This document shows, in pieces, positions 1 to 13,408 of a stretch of 64,000 nucleotides of DNA. Within the stretch, counting starts at the first letter, position 1. Every line of letters starts with the position of its first letter. Position numbers and translations under genes: made by a program. This stretch comes from Candidatus Woesearchaeota archaeon (lineage in GTDB: Archaea > Nanobdellota > Nanobdellia > UBA10117 > ARS21). Location of the stretch: assembly GCA_964344605.1 (NCBI GenBank), contig CAYFNR010000001.1, positions 23,439-87,438 on the forward strand. Reading direction: 5' to 3'. The notes beneath the pieces are model-generated. The model saw only the letters and a program-made list of their open reading frames with translations. It did not search any database and was not told where the DNA came from.

Positions 1-225
1 GGCAGCCTTTTGAAACGTCTTTCCAAAGAGATGGGAAGTACCCAGTTAGGTTCCGTTGGAATATCTGATTTCCAAAGAGCAACCAAACCTTATGACATGA
101 TTAGCGATATTGTTAAGGACGAAGAAAGATTGGTTGCTGGGTTGGAAAAGATGAAACTAGATGCTGACGCTTTGCAACGAGAATTCGACAGATTCTTTGT
201 AACTCTGAAAGGGCCTAAAGAGTAA
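1..225 (+). CDS. 3' end of a CDS running off the left edge (hypothetical protein)
   Basis: Frame is open from nt 1 to TAA at 223-225. The track start at nt 10 is TTG, so the real start is probably upstream of the window. No motif recognised. Confidence 0.4.
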   Translation, partial: GSLLKRLSKEMGSTQLGSVGISDFQRATKPYDMISDIVKDEERLVAGLEKMKLDADALQREFDRFFVTLKGPKE

Positions 226-273
226 TTCTGGCCTTTTCTTAAACTTTAATAATATCTTCCTACTTCTTAGACT

Positions 274-1164
274 ATGGAAAAGAAAGTTCTGGAAAAATAC
301 AAAAAAGCGGGTGAGATAGCCAAAAAAGTCAAGAAATTCGCTAAGAGTAGAATAAAACCAGGTATGACTCACTTAGAAGTCGCCGAAATGATTGATGATA
401 AAATCACCGAATTGGGTGCAAAACCTTCATTTCCCGCTGATGTTTCTGTCAACGATTGTGCAGCTCACTACTGTCCTTATTACCAAGACAAATCTGTACT
501 TAACAAAGGCGACTTGGTCAAAGTTGATATGGGTGCCCACATAGATGGATATCTTGTTGATACAGCTTTCACCATATCTTTGGGTGGTCCAAAAGAGCAT
601 AAAGAATTAATAGAAGCCGCTGAGGCGGCTGTTGCTGCTGCTTTGAAGCTCGCGAAGCCGGGTGTTTCCTTAGGCAAGATTGGTAGGGCAATTGAAGATG
701 AAATCAAGGCCAGAGGATTCAAATCCATAAGAAATTTATCGGGGCACACTGTTGAGCCTTACTTAGTACACGCTGGACTTGGCATACCAAATGTTGACAC
801 TGGGAGCTCAAAAAAGTTAGAAAAAGATTGGGTCGTTGCAATTGAACCCTTTCCAAGCACAGGCTCGGGAGAGGTAGTTGAAGGTAAATCTTGTAAAGTC
901 TTTGAAGTGAAGAAGTTGAAAAACGTTAGACAGCACCGCGATGTTCTCCAATATATTTGGGAAGAATACAGAACTCTGCCATTCTGTGAGCGAAATATCA
1001 TTAAGAAATTTGGTGTTCTCAAAACTCGTTTGGCTTTAAGGGACTTTGTAAGAACTGGCATTCTACATGAATATACAGTCTTAAACGAAGCTGAGAAAGG
1101 AAGCTTCGTCGCTCAAGCAGAGCATACAGTAATTGTTAACGAAGAACCGATTGTTCTGACTTGA
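274..1164 (+). CDS. map: Methionine aminopeptidase, type 2 (archaeal form)
   Basis: 296 aa with pita-bread metal-ligand blocks: VDMGAHIDGYLVDTA, SGHTVEPY, VVAIEPF, AQAEHTV. ATG start. Confidence 0.9.
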   Translation: MEKKVLEKYKKAGEIAKKVKKFAKSRIKPGMTHLEVAEMIDDKITELGAKPSFPADVSVNDCAAHYCPYYQDKSVLNKGDLVKVDMGAHIDGYLVDTAFTISLGGPKEHKELIEAAEAAVAAALKLAKPGVSLGKIGRAIEDEIKARGFKSIRNLSGHTVEPYLVHAGLGIPNVDTGSSKKLEKDWVVAIEPFPSTGSGEVVEGKSCKVFEVKKLKNVRQHRDVLQYIWEEYRTLPFCERNIIKKFGVLKTRLALRDFVRTGILHEYTVLNEAEKGSFVAQAEHTVIVNEEPIVLT

Positions 1165-1521
1165 TTACTGTCTGCCGGCACGTTCTTCTGCCAATTTTTC
1201 CTGCTCTGCTGCTAATCTAGAAAGTTGCCTGTGTTTATTGAAAAGCTGAACCATATATGCAACTAAGTTTTTTAATTCCACAATTGCAGTGCTTCTACGC
1301 TGATCACTGAAAGTCCTAGCATTCCTTATAGCACCCCTTGCTTTGACAAGTAGTTTTTCCGCAAGCTCGTCCATAAGGACTTCCTCTTTCCTAAAACCCA
1401 GTGCGATTTTCAAACGGGGAGACTGCCTATCTAACTTCAAAGCAACCGAAGCTATACGCGCCTCATTACGTATAGCACCTTCCAAAGTTCCAAAAAGTCT
1501 TTCGACTGCTTTGTAGTTCAT
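1165..1521 (-). CDS. Hypothetical helical protein
   Basis: 118-aa ORF with ATG start and an internal repeat of GAIRNxxR (GAIRNEARI / GAIRNARTF). No family recognised. Confidence 0.45.
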   Translation of the reverse strand: MNYKAVERLFGTLEGAIRNEARIASVALKLDRQSPRLKIALGFRKEEVLMDELAEKLLVKARGAIRNARTFSDQRRSTAIVELKNLVAYMVQLFNKHRQLSRLAAEQEKLAEERAGRQ

Positions 1522-1671
1522 TCAGGGTTTATCTACTTCAGCCTGAAGCCAGCGTAGTGTTTGTAGAATATTAGTTGAGGCAGTTATGTCTTCGTTCCAA
1601 GCGAGCTTTTTTCTAAACAAACCAAAAGCCATACACAAAAAGAACTTGTATCATATAAAACAATTTCTAAA

Positions 1672-4155
<2,484 letters not shown>

Positions 4156-4195
4156 TTAAATTTTAAAAGGGTGGCGAGTGGATGCTTCGGTTATC

Positions 4196-4429
4196 CTACT
4201 TTCTTACCTTGCTCTTTACGGTCACAAGCATCTCTGGAGCTCTTTCTTGAGCAGTTTCAAAAGCCATGTCTTCATAACCCATATTTAATAGAAAACTTAC
4301 CAGACGTCTTGCCGCAGCCTTATCAGCTTCGAATCTAACTTTACGCATGTAGGCAGCCTTTTTAGCCTTGACTTCAGGCTGCTGGTTGTATTTTTTCATA
4401 TACTGTTTTTTCTTTTTTGAAACTGACAT
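4196..4429 (-). CDS. Small basic hypothetical protein
   Basis: 77-aa ORF, ATG start, Lys/Arg-rich N-terminus. No family recognised. Confidence 0.4.
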   Translation of the reverse strand: MSVSKKKKQYMKKYNQQPEVKAKKAAYMRKVRFEADKAAARRLVSFLLNMGYEDMAFETAQERAPEMLVTVKSKVRK

Positions 4430-4487
4430 TTCTCTATATATTCTGGGTTAAATAAGACTATTTAAGAGTTATGGTGTTTAACTCAAC

Positions 4488-5189
4488 ATGAAGCTTAGGA
4501 CAGGTTCTGAAGTTTTTGACGGTTTCCTCAAAGGCGGCTACGAAGCTGAAGTAATATCAACAATTTATGGCGGCGCTGGCTCTGGAAAGACCAATCTGGC
4601 TTTACTTGCCGCACTTTCGGCATCAAATGGCGGAACTGTAATCTATATAGACACAGAAGGTGGTTTTTCCCCAGAGAGGGTTATGCAGTTGAGCCCAAAA
4701 AGAGGGCGTGAGCTTCTGAAGAATATAGTTATTCTGAAACCTACAACTTTCGAAGAACAGAAATTAAAATTTGATAAGTTAGAAAGTCTCGCTAAAAAAG
4801 AAAAAGCTAAACTAATCGTTGTGGACTCAATCTCAATGCTATATAGACTAGCACTTGGAAGCGAAGCGGCGTACGACACAAATAAAGAGATGGCTAGGCA
4901 ACTCGGTATTCTAAGGAAATTAAGTCACGATCTAAAAATACCTATAATCCTGACAAACCAAGTCTATTCTGACTTTGATAAGCCCGACGACATTAGAATG
5001 GTTGGCGGAGATCTTATGAAATACTTCTCAAAATGCATAATAAAACTCAATGCTGTTGATTCAAGTAAACGCAAAGCAGATCTAGTTAAACATCGTTCAC
5101 TACCTAACAAATCAACTTTCTTTGAAATTGCCGAAGAAGGTATTATCCCTGCCGACGAACCAAAAAGTAGAGGATTCAGCCTGTTTTAA
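4488..5189 (+). CDS. radB: RadB-type recombinase paralogue (RecA/RadA core only)
   Basis: 233 aa with Walker A GGAGSGKTN and Walker B LIVVDS. It has a RecA-fold core but lacks the N-terminal HhH domain of RadA. Confidence 0.8.
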   Translation: MKLRTGSEVFDGFLKGGYEAEVISTIYGGAGSGKTNLALLAALSASNGGTVIYIDTEGGFSPERVMQLSPKRGRELLKNIVILKPTTFEEQKLKFDKLESLAKKEKAKLIVVDSISMLYRLALGSEAAYDTNKEMARQLGILRKLSHDLKIPIILTNQVYSDFDKPDDIRMVGGDLMKYFSKCIIKLNAVDSSKRKADLVKHRSLPNKSTFFEIAEEGIIPADEPKSRGFSLF

Positions 5190-5333
5190 CGTAGGAATCT
5201 CGCGTAGTATAAAATAATTATAAACGCCATAAACAAAGCAGCTACTGTAATTAAGATATTTCTTCGGCGCCTAATTTTGCGGCTTTCTTTAAGGAAATCC
5301 TCTTCAGATATCTGGGAAAGGTCTTCCTCAACA

Positions 5334-7364
5334 TTATGTGGCTCTTTCATTTTTTTCCTTAGATTTACAATCTGGATTTGGACAGAACTGCCAAGGCCTT
5401 CTTCCCGTTCTCGCTTGGAGTAAGACAGATTCGCACTCTTTACATCTCCTTTTAGTAGCCGAAATTGTTCCTCTTTGTGGCAACGGCCAAGTTGTTCTGC
5501 ATTTAGGATAAGCATTGCAAGCAATAAAACGTTTCTTGCTGGCCTTTGAAACACGTACCACTAAAGAGCCTTTGCCACATTTTGGACAAGGCATAAGTTC
5601 CTGCTGTTTTCTTCTTGTTTGAACAAAGGCTTCTGACAAGGAACCGCCAATATCATCTGACTTTTCTTTAAGTTGTGCGTAGAGACTGGTTACCTTCACT
5701 TGTGCTTCTTTCAAAACCTTCTCTGGTTTAAGTTTGTTCTGTAAAATCCCTGTCATTTCCTGGTCAAAATGTCTTGTAAGTGTTACTGAAAGTATTTCGG
5801 GAGCACTTTTCCTCAGGACTTCGTACACTTTTAGACCGAAAGAAGTTACTTCAATCGGACTACCGCTTGTGTATTTCCTTTTCTCTAAAATTTCAAGTAT
5901 GGACGATCTCGTTGCTTTTGTTCCCAACCCTTCTTTCTCAAGCTTCTTAATTATAGATGCATGAGTGTATCTGGCAGGTGGTTGTGTCTCCTTTTCTGCG
6001 AGTTCTGTATTTTGTTTAAGCAAATGTCCAACTTTCAAATTAGGGAGCTCCACCTCTTTCCTTTTGGAATAAGGATGGTAAAGTTCTTGCCAGCCAACTT
6101 TGGTCGTGATTATTCCACCAAAGAGAAAATTCTCACCTTCCACCTTCATTTTAACCCGCGTAGATTCACGCTCTCCGGGACTACCAAAAACAGCAAAGAA
6201 ACGTCTAACAATTAAATCATAAAGACGTCCTTCTTGTGCCCCTAAACTTTTTGGAATTTCTCCCGTAGGATAGATCGCGGGATGTGCTGGGTCAGACTTT
6301 TTACCTTCATTAGGTATTAATTTTGTATACAAGACTTTTGCCACCAACTTTGAGTATTTACTTTGCCTAGATAATTTCCGAATTATAACTCCTAAGCCAA
6401 GTGATCTTGGTAGTTTTTGAGAAGATGTTCTCGGATAAGAAATATATGCTTTAGAATAAAGGTTCTGTGCCAGCCTCAGTGTCATTGAAGGAGGATATTT
6501 GAAAACCCTAAAAGCTTCTATTTGTAAACTAGTAAGATCGAAAGGGAAAGGAGGACTAACTCTTTGTTTCGTCTTCTTAACTTCCGACACAGTTCCGGGC
6601 TTGTCTTTGACTTTTGCGAAGATCCGCTCTGCTTCTCCTTTCTTCCAAAATTTATCTTTTTCGTGTATTGCCTGTATTTTTTGAGATTTTAGCCATAGGT
6701 TTGCGAAGATTTGCCAGAAAGGCTTTGGCTTGAATTTCTGAATCTCCAGCTCACGTTCCGCAAGTATTGCCAACGCTGGGCCTTGGACCCTTCCTATGCT
6801 CATAGGTTGGTATCTGTTAAGAGCCTTCGAAACTGCCGATCCAATGGCATAAGACAAATTTATTCCATAATACCAGTCCATTTTGTGTCGCACAACTCCA
6901 GCACGGGCTTGCGGCCAGTTAAGAGTCTTTGATTTGTTCTGATAGGATTTCTGAAGTTCCTGTGTTGTTAAAGTGGAAAACTTCATCCTGTTAGCGTCCT
7001 TCTTTTTGTAGAGCTCTTTTATTATATTCAGTCCTATCACTTCTCCTTCCACGTCATAGTCTGTTGCTACTGTGAACTGCTTTGCTTTTTTTCCCAGAGA
7101 CTTCAAGGTTTTCAAGTACTTCTTAGAAAATGCAGAGGATTTAGAGATTTCATATGTTGGAGCCCACTCGAGTTCGAAAGTTGGATAAAATCTTTTGGTC
7201 TTTTTTAGACCATACAAATGCCCCACTGCCGCAGCAACGAGCACCGTCCCACCTTGTACTTCGTAATAAGATACACTGTTAAGGGTTTTTTTGGCTGGCT
7301 TTCCAAAACTCTGCGCTATCTTAAGAGCCGCACTTGGTTTTTCCGCTATTATTAATTCTGTCAT
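5334..7364 (-). CDS. topA: DNA topoisomerase, type IA
   Basis: 676 aa. Toprim blocks ELIIAEKPSAA and ATDYDVEGE; active-site Tyr context ISYPRTSSQ. Two C-terminal Cys4 zinc ribbons (CPKCGKG...CNAYPKC; CKECES...CPNPDC). Confidence 0.9.
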   Translation of the reverse strand: MTELIIAEKPSAALKIAQSFGKPAKKTLNSVSYYEVQGGTVLVAAAVGHLYGLKKTKRFYPTFELEWAPTYEISKSSAFSKKYLKTLKSLGKKAKQFTVATDYDVEGEVIGLNIIKELYKKKDANRMKFSTLTTQELQKSYQNKSKTLNWPQARAGVVRHKMDWYYGINLSYAIGSAVSKALNRYQPMSIGRVQGPALAILAERELEIQKFKPKPFWQIFANLWLKSQKIQAIHEKDKFWKKGEAERIFAKVKDKPGTVSEVKKTKQRVSPPFPFDLTSLQIEAFRVFKYPPSMTLRLAQNLYSKAYISYPRTSSQKLPRSLGLGVIIRKLSRQSKYSKLVAKVLYTKLIPNEGKKSDPAHPAIYPTGEIPKSLGAQEGRLYDLIVRRFFAVFGSPGERESTRVKMKVEGENFLFGGIITTKVGWQELYHPYSKRKEVELPNLKVGHLLKQNTELAEKETQPPARYTHASIIKKLEKEGLGTKATRSSILEILEKRKYTSGSPIEVTSFGLKVYEVLRKSAPEILSVTLTRHFDQEMTGILQNKLKPEKVLKEAQVKVTSLYAQLKEKSDDIGGSLSEAFVQTRRKQQELMPCPKCGKGSLVVRVSKASKKRFIACNAYPKCRTTWPLPQRGTISATKRRCKECESVLLQARTGRRPWQFCPNPDCKSKEKNERAT

Positions 7365-7404
7365 GAAGTTAGACTGAGGAGAAAGAATAAAATAGTTTGG
7401 GATT

Positions 7405-8001
7405 TTAAACTTCTATTATTTTCCCCAACTTCCCAACACTATGGTGTTTTGTTTTCCCAATTGTGTCTTCCAAACCTTCTGTCTCGTGAATGTGTGCAGA
7501 CACGGCAATATCTGGCTGCAAGGAATCAATTATTGCTTTCAATCCAGTACTGCCTCTCCAACCACTCATTTTCGTAACTAAAGTGTTGTCTGGATGTACA
7601 TGAGTGATGACCATATTTTTCCTTGCTTGAACTTTCTCTAAATTAGATTTTAGAGTATTATAAATTTCATCTTCTGAGAGCTGGAACATTCCAATATTTG
7701 CAGAACCACATCCAACAACTCCAAGTTCACCTAATTTGTAATATCTATCATGAAGAGAAATTAAATCATATTTCTCAGCCAAAAATTCCGCTGTCGCTAG
7801 TGATTCGTGGTTTCCAGGCAGTAGCATAACTTTTTTTCCAGCTTTCAGTAATTCTCCCATAACTCCTTCTGCATCTTCACCTGGACCTGTAAAGTCTCCT
7901 GCAACAACTATTGCTTCTACCTCATTATCTTTGGCCTTCTTAGCCAAAGCTCTAGCTGCTTTTAAATCTCCATGGACACATCCAGTCACTAGTAATTTCA
8001 T
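7405..8001 (-). CDS. Metallophosphoesterase (calcineurin-like)
   Basis: 198 aa with GCVHGD, AGDF, GNHE and HVHP/AHIH motifs. Confidence 0.8.
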   Translation of the reverse strand: MKLLVTGCVHGDLKAARALAKKAKDNEVEAIVVAGDFTGPGEDAEGVMGELLKAGKKVMLLPGNHESLATAEFLAEKYDLISLHDRYYKLGELGVVGCGSANIGMFQLSEDEIYNTLKSNLEKVQARKNMVITHVHPDNTLVTKMSGWRGSTGLKAIIDSLQPDIAVSAHIHETEGLEDTIGKTKHHSVGKLGKIIEV

Positions 8002-8037
8002 CGTAGAAAGGGGAATTTTGGAAGTTTAAAAGAGTTT

Positions 8038-8382
8038 CTAAAGGCAGTCCATACAGTTTACAGCGATTATTGATATAATATAAATTAAGACCAAAAACAG
8101 CACCCAATACTTGCGCTCAAACCTCGTTTCTGCAATATAGATTATAGCTAGTGTCCATGCTACAAAAAACGATGTGAGTGGGACTATCGGACGTAAAACG
8201 AGCTCGAATAAGTTGTATCCTAACAACCAAAGAGTCCACTCAATTCCACTCCAAGAAACCAATACAAATAACAAAGATAGTAATAACATGTCTTTGCTCC
8301 CTTTCTTAAGAGCTACATCAAGAAAGTATATACTAATTAACGCCGCTATTATTGAATATGTCAAACCAACTGTGAAAATCAT
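8038..8382 (-). CDS. Hypothetical membrane protein
   Basis: 114 aa, about four hydrophobic segments. Its start overlaps the serS stop by 4 nt. Confidence 0.5.
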   Translation of the reverse strand: MIFTVGLTYSIIAALISIYFLDVALKKGSKDMLLLSLLFVLVSWSGIEWTLWLLGYNLFELVLRPIVPLTSFFVAWTLAIIYIAETRFERKYWVLFLVLIYIISIIAVNCMDCL

Positions 8383-9665
8383 TTTTTAGGTTTGATGGCT
8401 TTGAATCCAGTATACTTCCAAAGAGCTTTTGGAATTTTAACAGTTCCATCTTTTTGTTGAAAGTTCTCTAATATCGCAATTATAACTCGTGGAGTTGCTA
8501 TTGCTGTGTTATTCAACATGTGCACATATTCTTTCTTCCCATCTTTCCTAAGTACACGAGTGTTTAAGGCTTCAGATTGGTATGTTAGAGTATTGCTACA
8601 AGATGTCTCTTCTCGATAGGATCCCTTTTTCCTGTTCTGTCCAGGCATCCAAAGTTCAATGTCATATTGTAGGGCTTGCTTGTTCCCTAAATCTCCTGTA
8701 CAGATATTGACGACTCTGAAAGGCAGTCCAAGTAGTTTGAACATGTTCTCAGAATGCTTTTGCATATCGTTGAAGTGTTTGTAAGAGTTCTCAGGCTTAG
8801 TATACATGACTTGTTCTATTTTATTGAACTGGTGCATCCTGAAAATTCCTTTCGTATCTCTGCCGTGTGATCCTGCCTCACGTCTAAAGCAAGAACTAAT
8901 ACCTCCAATTTTAAGAGGTAGCTCTTCCTCTAAGATAGTTTGATTCTTGCGAAGGGCAATCAAAGGATGTTCTGAGGTCCCAATAAGATATAAATCCTCA
9001 CCTTCTATTTTATATATTGTGTCTTTGAACTCTGAAAGATTTACCCCTCCTGCCAAAGTTGCTCTGTTAAGCATTAACGGCGGCCAAGTCATGCTAAATC
9101 CTTGTTTGACAAGATAATCTACTGCAAACTGTTGTAGTGCTAGATCTAACAAAGCAGCTTCGTTCTTAAAGTAAACAAACCTAGACCCAGCGGCTTCCGC
9201 TGCACTTTCGAACTCGAACAAATCTAGAGATTCTCCTAACTCAATGTGGTCTTTTATAGGAAAATTGAATTTGGTTGGCTTACTCCAGAATTTTATTGGT
9301 TTGTTTTGGGAGTCATCCTTGCCTTTTGGAACAGAAGGGTGTAAGATATTGCCAACTTCTGCCCTTGCGACCTCGCGCTTGTTGAAATATTCCTTTGCTT
9401 TTTGCTGATTCTTCTTCAAATCAAGTATGGTCCTCTTCATCGAGGATATCTTGGCTACAGTTGACTTTTTTTGTTTTTTTAGCGCGTTAATCTCCTTAGA
9501 AACTTTATTTCTTTGGGCTCTTAGTTTTTCTACTTTATAATTCGTCTTTCTCCAGAGAGCATCATACTTAATCACAGCGTCTACGAATTTAATTCCGTGT
9601 CCTCTCTTCTTCTCAGAAGCTCTAATTATATGTGGACTTTCTCTAAAAAACCTTATATCGAGCAT
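8379..9665 (-). CDS. serS: Seryl-tRNA synthetase
   Basis: 428 aa with an N-terminal coiled-coil arm and a class II core (FRREAGSHGRDTKGIFRMHQF; TLNNTAIATPRVIIAILEN). Confidence 0.9.
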   Translation of the reverse strand: MLDIRFFRESPHIIRASEKKRGHGIKFVDAVIKYDALWRKTNYKVEKLRAQRNKVSKEINALKKQKKSTVAKISSMKRTILDLKKNQQKAKEYFNKREVARAEVGNILHPSVPKGKDDSQNKPIKFWSKPTKFNFPIKDHIELGESLDLFEFESAAEAAGSRFVYFKNEAALLDLALQQFAVDYLVKQGFSMTWPPLMLNRATLAGGVNLSEFKDTIYKIEGEDLYLIGTSEHPLIALRKNQTILEEELPLKIGGISSCFRREAGSHGRDTKGIFRMHQFNKIEQVMYTKPENSYKHFNDMQKHSENMFKLLGLPFRVVNICTGDLGNKQALQYDIELWMPGQNRKKGSYREETSCSNTLTYQSEALNTRVLRKDGKKEYVHMLNNTAIATPRVIIAILENFQQKDGTVKIPKALWKYTGFKAIKPKK

Positions 9666-9695
9666 GCTTAGAAATGGCTTGAAATGTTTATATAA

Positions 9696-11171
9696 TTATT
9701 GCCCTGAAAGGAAATCACAGACTAACCGTGGGCCAAAGCCAGTCCCCATGGGTGGATTATAAAACTTCCTTTTGTTTGAACGTGCCGTCCCAGCTATATC
9801 TATGTGTGTCCAAGGTGTGTCTCCTACAAACTCTTTGAGGAACAGTGCTGCTGTTATTGCTCCAGCACAATATCCTGGATAGTTGGATATGTTATTCAGG
9901 TCTGCTTTGCTACTCTTCAAAAATTCAGCATAATCTTTAGGTAAAGGCATTCTCCAAACAAGTTCGCCAGAACTTTCACCAGCAGACAATATTTTATCTG
10001 CGTCTTGGTCTGTGGAGAACAGACCAGCGTAATTGTGTCCCAAGGCAGCGATTACTGCGCCAGTTAATGTTGCAAAATCTACTATTTTTGTTGGTTTATA
10101 ATTCTTAACAGTGTAAGCCATGGCGTCTGCCAAAATAAGCCTTCCCTCTGCGTCTGTGTTGCCCACTTCAACAGTTTTACCTGAGTAAGATTTGAGAACA
10201 GATCCTGGTTTTTGGGAATTAGCACTTACTGCATTTTCACAGACAGGTGCTACTGCAATTACATTTTTATTAAGTCCAAGTTCTGATATGGCTTTAATTG
10301 CTGCTAGGACAACCGCTGCTCCAGACATGTCCATGTTCATCTCAGCCATCATTCTAGTTTTAATATCTAACCCACCAGTGTCATAAGTTATTCCTTTACC
10401 GACAAGCGCAATTTTTTCTTTGGACTTTGGATTGCCTTTGTACTCAATAATAATCATATGTGGTTCAAAACGACTGCCTTGCCCCACTCCCAAAATCATG
10501 TTCAATTTATTTTTCTTCAAAGCAGATCTGTTCAAAACTTTTATTTTGAGTTTCTTGGACTTCGCAATATCTCTCGCAACCTTCACCAAATACTCTGGAG
10601 TCACAACATCAGCATCGTCGCTCTGTAAATCTCTTACCAAGTAATTAGCGTCGCAAGTTACTTTAGAATAAAACAATGTTTTCTTTAACTCCTCCGTGAC
10701 TTTTGGCACTAAGATTGTGGCTTTGGAAACCCTGAATAATTTCGAGCCCTTCTCCGTTTTGTACTTGTCGAAGTCATAGTTAGAAAGTCTTAACCCATCC
10801 GAGATAGCTCTAACCAACTCTTTATCTGTGAATTCTAAGGTTGGCAGTGTAGCTAAGATGTGTTTTAGCTTCAAAGATGCTATTTTTCTTAAACCAACAT
10901 GGGTCGCCCGCCTTACTGTTTCTAAGTCTACTGCCTTTTTCTTCCCCAAACCAGAAAGGAGTATTCTTTTGAAAGGTTTTTTACGTACTGGCACAATAAG
11001 TGTATCAGAAAGTTTCCCTTTAAAAGAACTCAAAGAAACATTTTCCTGCGCTAATTTTTGTATCGCATTTTTTGGGGATTTCTTCATAGTTTTTGTTTCT
11101 TCTTCAGTCAAAAAAATTAGAATATCTGATTTTGATTCTAACAACTTACTTGAGCTTATGCCGACCTCCAT
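9696..11171 (-). CDS. pepA: Leucyl aminopeptidase, M17 family
   Basis: 491 aa with VGKGITYDTGGLDIK and NTDAEGRLILAD signature blocks. Confidence 0.9.
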   Translation of the reverse strand: MEVGISSSKLLESKSDILIFLTEEETKTMKKSPKNAIQKLAQENVSLSSFKGKLSDTLIVPVRKKPFKRILLSGLGKKKAVDLETVRRATHVGLRKIASLKLKHILATLPTLEFTDKELVRAISDGLRLSNYDFDKYKTEKGSKLFRVSKATILVPKVTEELKKTLFYSKVTCDANYLVRDLQSDDADVVTPEYLVKVARDIAKSKKLKIKVLNRSALKKNKLNMILGVGQGSRFEPHMIIIEYKGNPKSKEKIALVGKGITYDTGGLDIKTRMMAEMNMDMSGAAVVLAAIKAISELGLNKNVIAVAPVCENAVSANSQKPGSVLKSYSGKTVEVGNTDAEGRLILADAMAYTVKNYKPTKIVDFATLTGAVIAALGHNYAGLFSTDQDADKILSAGESSGELVWRMPLPKDYAEFLKSSKADLNNISNYPGYCAGAITAALFLKEFVGDTPWTHIDIAGTARSNKRKFYNPPMGTGFGPRLVCDFLSGQ

Positions 11172-11220
11172 TAAGTTTGGTTAATGGGGAATCTTTTTAT
11201 GTCTTATGCCAATTATTTGT

Positions 11221-13047
11221 TTAGACTTTTCTGATCTTTTTCAAAATTGACGTTTTGCCTTTCCAATTAAGTGCGTGCTCCAGGGCTCCATATATATCTT
11301 CTACAGGTATTATCTTGATCTTCTTTTTTCCAGAAAGAACTATATCCTCTAAGTTTGACTTTGGGATAATTACAGACTCCATGCCAGCCTCAATTGCAGC
11401 CTCGACTTTTGGTGTAATTCCTCCGACAGGTAAAACTTTGCCTCTAACTGATAAAGAACCCGTCATTGCTACGTTCTGTTTTATCGGGACCCCTTTCAAC
11501 GCAGATATTATTGCTGTAGCGACCGCTAAACTTGCAGAGTCTCCTTCAACACCCTCATAAGTTTGCAAGAATTGAACATAGATATCATATTTCTCTTTTA
11601 TATCTTCTCCAAAGCATTTCATGATTATGGCAGAAACATTTTCCACAGCTTCGCGGGCTATTTCACCCAATTTCCCCGTTGCTACTATGTCCTTCTTTTT
11701 TCCACCAGACGCAACCTCTGCCTCTATAGGCATAACAATTCCAGAATCACCAATAAGTGCTAGGCCATTTACTCTGCCAACATCGGTACCAGCTATTTTT
11801 ATGACATTATACTCTTTCTTCTTCTCTACATATCTATCTGCTACTTGCTGCTCCAGGCTTCTGGCTAAACGTTTCGCTGCCAGTATGTGCTTTGGCTCAA
11901 CGAAGTTTGCTTTTTGCTCGACTGCAATATCTCCCGCAGCCCTTACAAGGCCCCCTAATTCCCTTAACTTCAAAGTGAGCTTGCCTTTATGTCCCGCACG
12001 TCTTCTAGCTTCTTTTATGACCTGCTCAACGGCCGCATTTGTAAAATGTGGAATTTTGCCATCTTTCACAACTTCTTGGGCAACAAACTGTGCATAAAGC
12101 TTCCTATTTTTTACATTGTCTTCTACTGTCTCATTCATAACGACCTCGTAACCATACCCCCTTATTCTAGATCTCAAAGCTGGGTGCATTTTTTGTATTG
12201 TATCTTCATTTCCGGCCGCAATTAGAATGAAACTACAAGGTACTGGCTCCGTTCTAACCATTGCACCTGCAGATTTTTCTGATTGACCAGTTATAGGATA
12301 TTTCCCTTCTTGTATAGCTGTTAATAGATCTTGCTGTGTTTCAATACCTAGAATAGAAACTTCGTCTAAGAACAAAACACCTTTGTGGGCTTGATGTATC
12401 ATACCTGCCTCAACCCTAAGATGTGCAGGTGTACCTAGCCCTCCACTTTGGAAAGGATCGTGACGTACATCTCCAAGCAATGCACCGGCGTGAGCACCAG
12501 TAGCGTCTACAAAAGGCGCCTTAGTTTTATTAGCAGAGTCAACAAGCAACTTTGGTTCTAGAGACTGGCCTTTTTTCATACCTATGTTCATAGAAACTGC
12601 GAAGGCTAGCACAAAAACCATTCCAGCCAACAAAGACGCGGCCGCCATTATATCTCCATACACTATTCTAATCCACCAAGGGAGCATGATAGCTGCTATT
12701 GCTAATATCATAAAAAACAAATTTTTACGTTTGTTTTGATTCAATCCTCTGAGTTTTGCTTTTTCCAGTAAAGCAATTCCCCTCCCAGCACCCACGGTTT
12801 TAACTATTGGTTGATTTTCATTCTTCACATTGGGCAAAACCATAATATCTGTGAGTTGTTGTACAGGTAAGAGTTCGGCGAGAGCTTGGCCAAGCATGGA
12901 CTTGCCCGTCCCAGGTTTACCAATTAAAAGGACGTGTCTTTTTTGTTTAGCTGCTTTTTTGATTGTATCAACGCCACTATCTTGGCCGATAATCTGATTA
13001 ACGACATCCTTATCAACAAATATATCTGCTGTAGTTTTGAACTTCAT
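11221..13047 (-). CDS. lonB: Archaeal membrane-bound Lon protease (LonB type)
   Basis: Walker A GKPGTGKS, a hydrophobic insert ([15 protein letters not shown]...VFVLAFAV) inside the AAA module, and a C-terminal Lon protease domain ([16 protein letters not shown]). The track start at 13065 is TTG; the ATG at 13047 is preferred. Confidence 0.9.
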   Translation of the reverse strand: MKFKTTADIFVDKDVVNQIIGQDSGVDTIKKAAKQKRHVLLIGKPGTGKSMLGQALAELLPVQQLTDIMVLPNVKNENQPIVKTVGAGRGIALLEKAKLRGLNQNKRKNLFFMILAIAAIMLPWWIRIVYGDIMAAASLLAGMVFVLAFAVSMNIGMKKGQSLEPKLLVDSANKTKAPFVDATGAHAGALLGDVRHDPFQSGGLGTPAHLRVEAGMIHQAHKGVLFLDEVSILGIETQQDLLTAIQEGKYPITGQSEKSAGAMVRTEPVPCSFILIAAGNEDTIQKMHPALRSRIRGYGYEVVMNETVEDNVKNRKLYAQFVAQEVVKDGKIPHFTNAAVEQVIKEARRRAGHKGKLTLKLRELGGLVRAAGDIAVEQKANFVEPKHILAAKRLARSLEQQVADRYVEKKKEYNVIKIAGTDVGRVNGLALIGDSGIVMPIEAEVASGGKKKDIVATGKLGEIAREAVENVSAIIMKCFGEDIKEKYDIYVQFLQTYEGVEGDSASLAVATAIISALKGVPIKQNVAMTGSLSVRGKVLPVGGITPKVEAAIEAGMESVIIPKSNLEDIVLSGKKKIKIIPVEDIYGALEHALNWKGKTSILKKIRKV

Positions 13048-13094
13048 AGAAAAGTGTACGAGCAAAAGCTTATAATAATTTTGAGGAGTGCCAA

Positions 13095-13358
13095 CTAGTC
13101 TTCTTCTGCATGACTTGGAGCAGCTGCTCGTGAAACAATCATTATGGAACCAATTGACTTCACCAAATTATGAGGTACGATTACACCTTTTGCTCCAGGC
13201 ATTGCCTTTGACAAAAAGGACTCACGAACTGCTTTAACTCTCCAACTATCAATCTTGTTGTCTGTAATTATTGCTTCTTCAACCTGACCAAACAAATCTC
13301 CAGAATCTGTATAGACACGTATGCTTTCAACTTCACTTAATTTCTTCATCTGAAGCAT
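13095..13358 (-). CDS. PRC-barrel domain protein
   Basis: PRC-barrel-like core: [29 protein letters not shown]...[18 protein letters not shown]. The track ORF runs to 13439 and would overlap the divergent TraB start, so an internal ATG (13358 or 13349) is preferred. Confidence 0.6.
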   Translation of the reverse strand: MLQMKKLSEVESIRVYTDSGDLFGQVEEAIITDNKIDSWRVKAVRESFLSKAMPGAKGVIVPHNLVKSIGSIMIVSRAAAPSHAEED

Positions 13359-13408
13359 AACAGCTAGAAGGGAAGTATTAATAAAAAGATTTCTCTTCTT
13401 TAAGATAT

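Noticed and set aside
1165-1521. HEPN-like toxin call based on the repeated GAIRN motif
   Set aside because: The HEPN Rx4-6H signature is absent; no His follows either Arg-Asn.
5186-5554. 122-aa minus-strand ORF
   Set aside because: Two thirds of it overlaps the well-supported C-terminal zinc-ribbon region of topoisomerase I in another frame. Only a short tail ORF with one TM segment (about 5186-5350) might be real, and that cannot be supported.
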